From an uncultured Nitrospina sp. (GTDB lineage: Bacteria > Nitrospinota > Nitrospinia > Nitrospinales > VA-1), in assembly GCA_913045445.1 (NCBI GenBank), contig CAJWQP010000006.1, positions 1 to 60,245 on the forward strand: a stretch of 60,245 nucleotides of DNA. Direction: 5' to 3'. Below are positions 10,114-18,908 of this stretch, piece after piece. The notes beneath the pieces are model-generated. The model was not told the DNA's origin. It was given only the letters and a program-made list of their open reading frames with translations, and searched no databases. How positions within the stretch are numbered: position 1 is the first letter of the stretch; each line of letters begins with the position of its first letter. Both the position numbers and the translations under genes were made by a program.

Positions 10114-10217
10114 GTCGGGGACCTCAAAAAAATTAACTCTTGCAGTTTTCGGAACCCTGAAGACCGCATTCCATCAGACGCTGACTAACCTGCCGCATTA
10201 AATGGACCCGTCCCCAG

Positions 10218-10246
10218 AATATAATTAAACTACCCCTGTTTGTCAA
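10218..10246 (-). promoter_or_regulatory. Sigma70 promoter upstream of the BFN gene
   Basis: TTGACA-N17-TATATT, near consensus; implies a 5' UTR of about 100 nt. Confidence 0.65.
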
Positions 10247-10309
10247 CGTTCGTTTGAACTGCGTTTCGGAAGCCTGAGATAAGGCTATTGCACGAGAGCC
10301 AGTGGGTTG

Positions 10310-10546
10310 TCAGCCCGATTTGTTTTTTTCCACAAATTCCTTGAGTCTTTCTTTGACAATCTCTGGAATTTCAGTGCTACTTAGGGTGGTTTTGCAGAGA
10401 TGTGAGGTCGATTTATAGGTGTTGACGAAGGCAATGCACGGGGGGCAATCTTCAAAGTGTTCCTCAAGGGAGGCACTTGTCTCCAGTTTAAGGGTGCCCT
10501 CAAGATAATCGTGCAACAATTCCAAACATTCCTTGCAACAAATCAT
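10310..10546 (-). CDS. Soluble zinc-binding anti-sigma factor (zf-HC2/ZAS)
   Basis: C..C near the N-terminus and HFEDCPPC (HxxxCxxC); overlaps the sigma gene stop; no TM segment. Confidence 0.88.
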   Translation of the reverse strand: MICCKECLELLHDYLEGTLKLETSASLEEHFEDCPPCIAFVNTYKSTSHLCKTTLSSTEIPEIVKERLKEFVEKNKSG

Positions 10547-11172
10547 TTCGTCTCCTTGCGAACCTTGTATTCTTCAAAATAATTCGCCAGTTTCTTTCTC
10601 AAAAACAATCTAGCCCTGTGCAACCTCGATTTTACTGCCGGGATGGTCAACTCCAGAATCTCGCTCACTTTTTCTGTGGACAGACCTTCAACATCTCGAA
10701 GCAGGAAAACAACTTTTTCCTTGTCTGGTAACAGATCGACCGCTTTTTGAATTGTTTCTCGTGTTTCGTTATCAAAAAGAAGAGACTCTGTATTTTCAGA
10801 CCAGTCTTGTATTTTTTCCTGTTGAAAGCCTGACCCGTTGAATGAGGGGAGTAGTTCCTCAATCGAGATACTTTGATCTTTTTTTCGACTCCTCAGTTTC
10901 ATGTAAGTGGCGTTGAGGGTAATGCGGTACACCCAGCTTGAAAACGCCGACTTCCCCTGGAAGGTATGAATCTTTTTAAAAAGAGTCAGTAGCACTTCCT
11001 GAGTGACATCCTCTGAATCCATCGCGTTGCGCGTCAAATTAAAACTGAGAGCATATATCTTTTTCTGAAAAAGGGTCGCAAGCCGTTCGAATGACTCTGT
11101 TTTACCTGCTTGCAGGTCCTTTACCAGTTGCTCTTCCTCAGCTTTTGCTTCTTTGGGTTCAGAAAATCCCAT
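10543..11172 (-). CDS. ECF RNA polymerase sigma factor
   Basis: Region 2 EDVTQE...FSSWVYRI; region 4 LRDVEGLS..KVSEIL...VKSRLHRAR. Confidence 0.95.
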   Translation of the reverse strand: MGFSEPKEAKAEEEQLVKDLQAGKTESFERLATLFQKKIYALSFNLTRNAMDSEDVTQEVLLTLFKKIHTFQGKSAFSSWVYRITLNATYMKLRSRKKDQSISIEELLPSFNGSGFQQEKIQDWSENTESLLFDNETRETIQKAVDLLPDKEKVVFLLRDVEGLSTEKVSEILELTIPAVKSRLHRARLFLRKKLANYFEEYKVRKETK

Positions 11173-11375
11173 GCCCTGTCAACCCCCTCCAACCTTTATG
11201 AAGTGTTGGAAATGGTGGGACACCTGCCGGGACTTAAGAAATGTCGATTTTTGATCCCACAAAGTTAGATGCCCACTCCATGGAAAGTGATTCAAAGATA
11301 TCGTCATTGTTCATTTCCTGGGGAGGGTGACAGGTTGCCTCAAAGTATGTGGCTTGTGCCGGTGAGGAATAAAAT

Positions 11376-11645
11376 CTACTTATCGCTGGTTTCCTGGGTC
11401 GCCGCTGTGCCTTCTGCCGCACCTTCGTCTGCTGGCTTGGCGTCAGGATCAACTTCGCCTTCTTCGATCGCAGAAGATTCCAGGTTCGCCGCTTCTTGAA
11501 TCTCTTCCGCTTCTTTCATCGATTTTTTGAAATTCTTAATGCTGTTGCCAAACGCACTACCGATTTCCGGGAGTTTTCCGGCACCAAAAATAATCATGAT
11601 TATGACCAAAATGATCATCAACTCAGGAAAACCAATGCCCATCAT
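11376..11645 (-). CDS. tatA: Twin-arginine translocase subunit TatA/E
   Basis: [10 protein letters not shown]...[11 protein letters not shown]...G..IKNFKK followed by an acidic tail. Confidence 0.95.
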   Translation of the reverse strand: MMGIGFPELMIILVIIMIIFGAGKLPEIGSAFGNSIKNFKKSMKEAEEIQEAANLESSAIEEGEVDPDAKPADEGAAEGTAATQETSDK

Positions 11646-11840
11646 AATGAGGAGTCCTTATAAAATGATAAATGTTAAATTTTGCGGATAAGATTGACAA
11701 GTCTAGCACTTAATCCTTGTAAAAACAAACTGAATTAAAGTATTTTGGGGTTCTGCATATTTATGATAAAGTTCCGAGGGACATTTTGCGTATGAAAAAG
11801 TACAAAAAACAATAACTAAACAGAAACTTTGAGAAACTAT

Positions 11841-12449
11841 ATGAAGCGCTCTGGCGGATTTTTAGCTTTGGTTTTGGTGGTGATTCTTGCGTGTCCTGCT
11901 TTCGTCGGAGCACAAAATTTTTCTGATCGATTTGCCAAGGGAAACACTACTTTTGGCGGGCAGTTGGGCATGGGCTATACTGTTCAAATTCCGCCGGGAA
12001 GAGACCGGACCGATCTTAGTTTTGCATGGATATTTCCAAACTGGCAGTACAATTTGACCGGAATTATGGCCGAGGATTCATTCCTGCGGGGTGCGTTATT
12101 CTGGCACGTTGAAGGGGGTTTGTCCCTACTGACCCATCGGGATCATGAATATCTGGTTAATTTTTCTCCTCTCATGGCGGAGTATAAATTCCTCAGCCCG
12201 AAAAGAAGGTGGGCACCCACCCTGTTAGCGGGTGCCGGATTTTCTATGACTAACTGGAAAGATCAGGCTGTACCTGAATTAGGTTCAGAGTTTGAGTTCT
12301 TGCTTCACCTTGGGGGAGGGGTGGAGGTGTTTCGCAAAACGGGGTCATATTCTTTTAACTACAGGTTTTTTCACGTTTCTAATGCAGGTATGCAACGTCC
12401 TAATATTGGTCTCAATGCCAATGTGTTCAGTTTGGGAATGAGCTTCTGA
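11841..12449 (+). CDS. Acyloxyacyl hydrolase / PagL-like outer-membrane beta-barrel
   Basis: Signal peptide; LGSEFEF, YRFFHVSNAG...PN.G.N catalytic His-Ser motif; terminal Phe. Confidence 0.85.
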   Translation: MKRSGGFLALVLVVILACPAFVGAQNFSDRFAKGNTTFGGQLGMGYTVQIPPGRDRTDLSFAWIFPNWQYNLTGIMAEDSFLRGALFWHVEGGLSLLTHRDHEYLVNFSPLMAEYKFLSPKRRWAPTLLAGAGFSMTNWKDQAVPELGSEFEFLLHLGGGVEVFRKTGSYSFNYRFFHVSNAGMQRPNIGLNANVFSLGMSF

Positions 12450-12704
12450 TCTGGGTTGATTCGACATCGCTTTGAAACAGGACGGTGGTTTTTGCGACTA
12501 CATTTTCGGTATCCCCTCAGATATTTCTTCTAAATACTTCCCCCATTTCTTGTCAGCTTACGTTTTGTCGTTTGACCGTTGAGTTGGGACTGTCTCCGTT
12601 AGCAGACGAGCATGGAGTTTTTATTAACGGATAGATCAGGCCGATTCATGTCAAGCGGACCACCTGATTCCATATAGCATTTTTCTACCAGTCAGGCATC
12701 GAAT

Positions 12705-15449
12705 ATGACCGCTTCGGCCCAAGGCAAGAATTCTGATGCGCAAGCATCATCCTTCAGGGAAACTGGTTTTCTCGACCGTTTTTTCTTGAACGTTGAGCGG
12801 TTTGCCTACACTCACTCCATCGCTGTCATCCTCATTTCTTTACTGATCGCGGGCTTGTCAGTTTGGTTCACGGTCGAAAAACTCTCTTTTAAAAATAACC
12901 GGGGCGATCTGGTCGCAAAAAAACTCGCCTACGTGGAGATGTACGAAAAGTATCGCCATGAATTCGAAGATTTCGATGGCATGATGGTGGTCGTGGCCGA
13001 CAAGGACCCTGAAAACATGAAAGGGTTTACGGATTCCTTCGTTAACAAACTGAAGCAATACCCTCAGGACTTTTTGAAGATATTCCACCGAATCGATACC
13101 AAATATTTTCGGACCAAGGGTCTGCTATACCTTGACCATGAAGAACTGGTTGATCTTGGAAATAAAATTGAGTCGCATGAAAATTTTCTTGAAGATGTCA
13201 ATGCTTCTCCCGGACTCAACCAGCTTGTAAAAAGCATCAACGCTGAAATAAGCGCGGGAATGGTCGATTCGCTGTTGACCGGATTTATCGGTGGAGAGGA
13301 CAGCGAAGAGGAAAAGGATGAAACGGCTGACTTCAGTCTGCTCATCAATCTTGAACAACAAATGCTAGCACACCTGCAAGGTGAGACGACTTACCGTTCG
13401 CCCTGGAATTCTTTTCTGACGGATAGCGAAAAGTCCATTGCGGAGGAGGGGTATCTCGTATCGGAGGATGAAAAGCTTATGTTCATCCTCATTGTTCCAA
13501 ACAAAGATAACAAGGCCGCCACGGCGATTCCCGATTCTATCGAATTCCTCCGCGACCTGATTGAAGAGACGCGTGCTCAATTCCCCGGTATCGAGGTCGG
13601 ACTGACGGGGGAAGACGTTATTGCCGCCGATGAAATGGACACCACCCAGGTGGATGTCCAAAAGGCTTCTCAGATAGCTCTGGCGGGCATCGCCTTGCTG
13701 TTTATCCTCGCCTATCGCGGGGTGGTGAAACCACTTCTTGCTATATTTGCACTGGTTGTCGCCTTGTGCTGGTCGATGGGGTGGACCACGCTGGCGGTGG
13801 GCCATCTGAATATTCTCACCATCGTGTTCACTACCATCTTGATCGGACTGGGTATCGATTTTGGAATCCATATTCTGGAGAGATTCAAAGAGGAACGCAC
13901 GGCGGGAGATGATGTGCTTGAGGCACTTCAGAAAACGGTTCAGGGAACCGGGCGTGGAAATTTTGCTGGCGCGGTGACAACGGCGATGGCTTTCGGCGGC
14001 ATGATTTTGACCGATTTCGTTGGTATCGCAGAGCTGGGGAAAATTTCTGGCGGTGGAATTCTTTTGTGCATGATCTCGATGATTCTTCTTCTGCCCGCGC
14101 TGATCACGGTTGAGGAAAAAATAACCAAACCCCGATACCTGCCTAAACAGTCGGATCGGAAAGGCCGCTTGCTGGAAAAGTTTTTCAAAAATTACCGTGC
14201 GATAATTTTTGTCTCGATGGTTTTATTTGTTTTGTCCCTTTTATCCTTGAGGACGGTGGCGTTCGATTACAACCTTCTCAACCTGCAGGCACACGGAACC
14301 GAGGCGGTGAAGTATGAGATGAAAGTGATCGAAACGGCGGGTCGGTCAGCCTGGTCGGTCGCGGTGCTTGCCGACTCCCTGGAAGAAACTCGAAAAAAAC
14401 ATAAGGCGCTGGAAAAACTGTCCACTGTGGGAAATGTTGAAAGCATCATTTCTACCCTGCCGGAGGAGCAGGAAAAAAAGATTGAAACTATCAAAGAGCT
14501 GGCACCGCTCCTGAGTGATCTTGAAGTCGAACCTGATCTCGTTCCCGTTTCGTATGCGGGCCTGATAAAAACGATGAAGAGGGTGCGCTTCAAACTTCAG
14601 GGCAAGGAAGATAAGGGGGGCGTGACCAAAGCGCGGAAGCTGGCACAAAGCTTCCTCGATGAAAGTGAAAAAGTTGATGCGGAAGTTGCAGAAAAAAGAC
14701 TTAACAGTTTTTCCGAAAAACTTTTTGCCGATTACAGAGGCAAGATCGCCGACCTGAAAAAGAACGTTTCTGCTTCACCAGTAATTGTTGAAGACATGCC
14801 GGAAAATTTACGCGAACGGTATATCAGCCGGAACAGGGTATATTTGATCAACGTTTACCCAAGCGTGGATGTGTGGGATATCGACAAGAGAAATGAGTTT
14901 GTTAAGCAATTAAAGCAGGTGGACCCGAATGTTACAGGAAACGCCATACATATGTTTGAGTCGACCCGCTTGATGAAGGATGGATATGTCTATGGCGGCA
15001 TCTACGCGATGGTCGCTATTTTTATTTATCTTCTTTGTTCTTTCGGCAACCTTCGCGGGACGCTGGTTGTTTTGTTGCCAGTCGCTGTGGGTTCGGCCTG
15101 GACGGTGGGCATCATGGACCTGATAGACGTTTCATTCAATCTGGCCAATCTAGTCATCCTGCCATTGATCATTGGCATAGGGGTCGTTAATGGCGTCCAT
15201 ATCGTGCATCGTTACCGTGAGGAGACGGATAAGAGCATCAATGTTCTATCGCGGAGTACGGGGCAGGGAGTGGTCTTGAGTTCGCTCACCACAATGATCG
15301 GGTTTGGCAGTCTGATGGTCGCCGATCATCAGGGTGTGCACAGCCTGGGGCTGGTCCTGTCACTGGGCGTTGGCTGTTGCCTCATAGCAAGCATCACCGT
15401 ATTACCCTCAATACTAAAACTCTGCACCGAAAAAGACTGGGAACTTTGA
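12705..15449 (+). CDS. MMPL/RND family transporter, HpnN-like (hopanoid-associated)
   Basis: Two MMPL halves (GLGIDFGIH; IGIGVVNGVH), large periplasmic loops, FDYNLLNLQ..TE motif. Confidence 0.85.
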   Translation: MTASAQGKNSDAQASSFRETGFLDRFFLNVERFAYTHSIAVILISLLIAGLSVWFTVEKLSFKNNRGDLVAKKLAYVEMYEKYRHEFEDFDGMMVVVADKDPENMKGFTDSFVNKLKQYPQDFLKIFHRIDTKYFRTKGLLYLDHEELVDLGNKIESHENFLEDVNASPGLNQLVKSINAEISAGMVDSLLTGFIGGEDSEEEKDETADFSLLINLEQQMLAHLQGETTYRSPWNSFLTDSEKSIAEEGYLVSEDEKLMFILIVPNKDNKAATAIPDSIEFLRDLIEETRAQFPGIEVGLTGEDVIAADEMDTTQVDVQKASQIALAGIALLFILAYRGVVKPLLAIFALVVALCWSMGWTTLAVGHLNILTIVFTTILIGLGIDFGIHILERFKEERTAGDDVLEALQKTVQGTGRGNFAGAVTTAMAFGGMILTDFVGIAELGKISGGGILLCMISMILLLPALITVEEKITKPRYLPKQSDRKGRLLEKFFKNYRAIIFVSMVLFVLSLLSLRTVAFDYNLLNLQAHGTEAVKYEMKVIETAGRSAWSVAVLADSLEETRKKHKALEKLSTVGNVESIISTLPEEQEKKIETIKELAPLLSDLEVEPDLVPVSYAGLIKTMKRVRFKLQGKEDKGGVTKARKLAQSFLDESEKVDAEVAEKRLNSFSEKLFADYRGKIADLKKNVSASPVIVEDMPENLRERYISRNRVYLINVYPSVDVWDIDKRNEFVKQLKQVDPNVTGNAIHMFESTRLMKDGYVYGGIYAMVAIFIYLLCSFGNLRGTLVVLLPVAVGSAWTVGIMDLIDVSFNLANLVILPLIIGIGVVNGVHIVHRYREETDKSINVLSRSTGQGVVLSSLTTMIGFGSLMVADHQGVHSLGLVLSLGVGCCLIASITVLPSILKLCTEKDWEL

Positions 15450-15505
15450 CTGAGAGCCAGGAACCCTGCACTGTGCCTGCGCCGCTTCAGCGGTAAGCTG
15501 TGTTT

Positions 15506-17563
15506 TTATCTTGGGCTGGCGGCGATGTTGCCGCCATCGATGGTGATGACACTGCCGGTGGTTTTTTCGGCGAGAGCGGATTCAAAAAATCCTTTGGCGA
15601 CATCGGTGTCGTAGACTTCTGTTGCCAGCAGGTTGCTCTTGAAATATTCATCGGGAGTCAATCCTCTGGCGGCGGACCTTTCGGCGACCACTTTTTCAGT
15701 GAACAGCCGGGTGCGTATGCGGTCGGCATTGATGGCGTTGGAGCGTATACCCTCGGCGCCATAATCCAGCGCGTATTGTTTCATGAGGGCGATCACGGTT
15801 GCTTTCGGCAGGGCGTAGGGTCCGAAATCTTTTCCCGGATTAAACGCTGCTTTCGATGCATTGAACAGCAGGACACCGCCTGTTTTTTGTTTTTGAAAAA
15901 GTTTTACCGCTTCGGATGCCAGTGTCTGGTGGGCGAAAAAATTCAATTCGAAACTTTGCCGCAACATTGCCGACTCCACATCACCTATTCTTCCCCTGAC
16001 GGCGTTGCCGGCGTTGGAGATCAGGATGTCCAGTCCGCCAAACTCTCTGGTGACATATGCGAAGGATTCCTTCACCGCTTTTTCATCAGTGACATCCATG
16101 ACCTGGGACACAATGCCGGTTTTGAATTGTGTACGTAGTTCTTCAACGGTGTCGCTCAATGTTTTCTCGTCCCGGTCGACCAGAAAAAGGCTGGCGCCAT
16201 TTTTCGCGAACAGTTCGGCGGTCGCGCGGCCTATCCCCGATGCGGCTCCTGTAATATAGACGATCTTCCCTTGTGTTAATGCGGGTTTGCTTTTGCCAAG
16301 TTTGGCCTGCTCCAGCGACCAGTATTCCATATCGAACAGGTCAAAATCTTTGAGTGGAGTAAACTGACCCACGTTGAATGCTTTGCTGATGATGTCCATT
16401 GTGTGCTGGTAAATGTCGGCGGCGATTTTCGTTTCTTTCACCGACTTTCCAATGGCGACCAATCCGAGCCCTGCCACTAGTATGATTCGCGGTAGTGGAT
16501 CGAGTTCGTTTTTGTCGACTCCTTTAGCGTGAACGTTGGTCTCGAAGTATCGGTGGTAGCTCCGTTTAAATTCTTCAAGTGCACTGGCGATTTCTTCACG
16601 AAGTTCTTCCGGATCGCCAATGTGTTTGGGGTTCAGCAGAAGCGGTTTTTGTTTGGTGCGAATCACGTGGTCCGGTGTGGCCGTGCCAATTTGCGACCAG
16701 TCGGCGCACTCCTTGCTGGAGGCAAAATCGCGGGCTATGGGGTCTTCCCGGTAGTGGATGACCCAACTCTGCCCGGTTTCTTCTGTGTACAATCCGCGCA
16801 GGCAGGGTGCGATTGCCGAAAGCATTTCGTCTTCGCTGGCAGGGGTTCCGGTAGCAACGGGAGATAGTGTTTTTGTATCATGGCTGGCGATGAAATCCTC
16901 GGCTTGCTGTACCGCTTCAATGTGCCGGTCGTAGCTTTCCTTTGCCGTGTCGCCAAAAGTGAACAGCCCGTGATTGACCAGGAACAGGCCTTTGACATCA
17001 GGGTTTTTCTCATAAACTTCCGCCGCTGCTTTGGCCAGATCAAATCCGGGCATGATGTAAGGCACGATTCCCATAGCGTCGCCGTAAATTTTCTTGCACA
17101 GGGCTTCAGAGTCGGGTTGATCGGCGATCACCAGGATAGCATCGGCGTGGGAATGGTCGATAAATTTATGCGGCAGGAAGGCGTGCAGTAAGGTTTCGAC
17201 CGATGGATTGGGAGATGAGGCATCGAGCAGATGAGTTCTTTGCTCGTTGACCATGTCCTCATCACTCAGGCTGTCCAATTGTCGTAATTTGATCAGATGA
17301 TCCAGTTGCACTCCCGGCAGGCCGGGAGGTTGTAGGGTATCCAGATCCCACCCGCTTCCCTTGACGTAGAGTACGTTGACTTCTTCTCCGAGGGCGTTTT
17401 TAGTGACGGATTTCACCGAGGTGTTGCCACCGCCATGAAGTACCAGCGAGAGGTCGGCTCCTATCAGCCGTGAGGTGTAGACGCGCAGAGCGATATCTTC
17501 TGAGACATCGTTATATAGTTGAATCGCCGCTTTGGCGTCAGAGTCATTCCACAAGTTCTTCAT
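15506..17563 (-). CDS. Bifunctional class II aldolase/short-chain dehydrogenase (RhaD-like fusion)
   Basis: LVLHGGGNTSVK, KGSG, PSVETLLH, HSHAD, TPDH; SDR motifs TGAASGIG, NAG, YALPK. Confidence 0.92.
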   Translation of the reverse strand: MKNLWNDSDAKAAIQLYNDVSEDIALRVYTSRLIGADLSLVLHGGGNTSVKSVTKNALGEEVNVLYVKGSGWDLDTLQPPGLPGVQLDHLIKLRQLDSLSDEDMVNEQRTHLLDASSPNPSVETLLHAFLPHKFIDHSHADAILVIADQPDSEALCKKIYGDAMGIVPYIMPGFDLAKAAAEVYEKNPDVKGLFLVNHGLFTFGDTAKESYDRHIEAVQQAEDFIASHDTKTLSPVATGTPASEDEMLSAIAPCLRGLYTEETGQSWVIHYREDPIARDFASSKECADWSQIGTATPDHVIRTKQKPLLLNPKHIGDPEELREEIASALEEFKRSYHRYFETNVHAKGVDKNELDPLPRIILVAGLGLVAIGKSVKETKIAADIYQHTMDIISKAFNVGQFTPLKDFDLFDMEYWSLEQAKLGKSKPALTQGKIVYITGAASGIGRATAELFAKNGASLFLVDRDEKTLSDTVEELRTQFKTGIVSQVMDVTDEKAVKESFAYVTREFGGLDILISNAGNAVRGRIGDVESAMLRQSFELNFFAHQTLASEAVKLFQKQKTGGVLLFNASKAAFNPGKDFGPYALPKATVIALMKQYALDYGAEGIRSNAINADRIRTRLFTEKVVAERSAARGLTPDEYFKSNLLATEVYDTDVAKGFFESALAEKTTGSVITIDGGNIAASPR

Positions 17564-17846
17564 ATGGCCTTATTTCCAGGTTAAAATGATTAAAATCAAA
17601 TGAAAAAAATATAGCGGTTGGCTGGGGTGGATTCAAGGAAATTCGCACCGGACCTGGCACTTCGTACCGGGTTCAGCTCCACGTTTTTCTTAGGACAAGC
17701 ACTAAGACCTTATCGGCAGACGCAGTCAATCCGGGTAATAAAAACGGCAGGAAGATTCGTCATGAGGGGAGATTTGTATTTTTCTGTAAAAACCTCACTT
17801 AAAAGCATTGTGAAATGGATCAAGTTCTGTGATAATTCGCCCTGAA

Positions 17847-18089
17847 ATGCTCGCAAAAATTCACATTACATTCAAAAACGGCGTTCTGGACCCTCAGGGC
17901 AAGGCTGTGCATCATGCGCTCAAAGATCTGGGGTACGATGAGGTTTCCGGGATTCAAATGGGCAAGTATCTGGAGGTGCGCATGGAGGGTGTTTCCAGAG
18001 AAGAAGCAGAACCCAGAGTAAAAGAAATGTGCGAAAAACTCTTTGCCAATACGGTTATTGAATCCTACCGGTTCACTCTGGATTCTTAG
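17847..18089 (+). CDS. purS: Phosphoribosylformylglycinamidine synthase subunit PurS
   Basis: VLDPQG..V, MCEKL.AN.VIE.Y; lies directly upstream of purQ. Confidence 0.97.
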   Translation: MLAKIHITFKNGVLDPQGKAVHHALKDLGYDEVSGIQMGKYLEVRMEGVSREEAEPRVKEMCEKLFANTVIESYRFTLDS

Positions 18090-18092
18090 AAT

Positions 18093-18162
18093 TGTCGCCC
18101 TGAGCTTGTCGAAGGGTATTCCAGCTAAATAAAGTATATGCTTCGACAGGCTCAGCACGACA
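18093..18162. repeat. REP-like palindromic element
   Basis: gtcgccctgagcttgtcgaag (18094-18114) and cttcgacaggctcagcacgac (18141-18161) are 21-bp inverted repeats with 3 mismatches. Confidence 0.8.
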
Positions 18163-18200
18163 CTCAGATAGAATCTTATCGAATTGAACTTTACTGACTT

Positions 18201-18908
18201 ATGAATTGCGGCGTAGTTGTTTTTCCCGGTTCTAATTGCGATCACGATTGTTTCCATATCCTCAAGCACGTCTTCAAGTTGCATACGGAATGGATATGGC
18301 ACAAGGGTGATATGGACCTTTCCCGGTTCGATCTCATCGTTTTGCCGGGTGGGTTTTCCTATGGGGATTACCTGCGTGCGGGAGCCATTGCCCAGTTTTC
18401 CACGGTCATGAAAGATGTGATTCGATTCGCCGAGTCGGGCGGCAGAGTTCTTGGGATTTGTAACGGATTCCAAGTGCTTGTCGAGGCGAAGCTTCTTCCG
18501 GGCGCTCTTATCCAGAATAATACCCAGAAATTTATCTGCAAGACAGTACCTGTTCGAGTGGAAAACACTTCGACTGCGTTCACTGGAGAGTGTGCCGGGG
18601 AATCGGTATTGAATATTCCCATCGCCCACCATCAGGGAAGTTATTTTATTGATCCCGATGGACTGCGCCAGTTGGAAGAAAACCGACAGGTGGTTTTTCG
18701 TTATTGTGGTCCGTCAGGTGAAGTGACAGACGAATTCAATCCCAATGGTTCCGTTGGGAATATAGCGGGCATCATAAATGAAGCTGGCAATGTAATGGGT
18801 CTTATGCCGCACCCTGAACGCTGTGCCGATCCGGCCTGGCCCAACCTTGATGGACAACTCATTTTTAAATCCATAATTAAATCCTTACAAAGTGGAGTTT
18901 CAGCGTGA
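18201..18908 (+). CDS. purQ: FGAM synthase glutaminase subunit
   Basis: [31 protein letters not shown]. Confidence 0.98.
   Translation: MNCGVVVFPGSNCDHDCFHILKHVFKLHTEWIWHKGDMDLSRFDLIVLPGGFSYGDYLRAGAIAQFSTVMKDVIRFAESGGRVLGICNGFQVLVEAKLLPGALIQNNTQKFICKTVPVRVENTSTAFTGECAGESVLNIPIAHHQGSYFIDPDGLRQLEENRQVVFRYCGPSGEVTDEFNPNGSVGNIAGIINEAGNVMGLMPHPERCADPAWPNLDGQLIFKSIIKSLQSGVSA

Noticed and set aside
11213-11235. tggtgggac matches the tRNA-Phe 3' end at 60192 (possible att repeat)
   Set aside because: Only 9 bp, and the 49 kb in between is core genes with no integrase; consistent with chance.
11265-11295. Possible autoregulatory ECF promoter (TGAATC...CATCTAA, minus strand)
   Set aside because: Spacing and -35 match are poor, and I saw no second copy to define a motif.
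17564-17846. Purine-related riboswitch (PRPP/ykkC, ZTP or purine) upstream of purS
   Set aside because: Conserved cores were not found, and a promoter-like sequence immediately before purS leaves no room for a leader.
17820-18632. 270-aa minus-strand ORF and other long shadow ORFs (15500-16138, 31729-32514, 39178-39846)
   Set aside because: Antisense or alternative-frame overlaps of well-supported genes, with no recognisable motifs.
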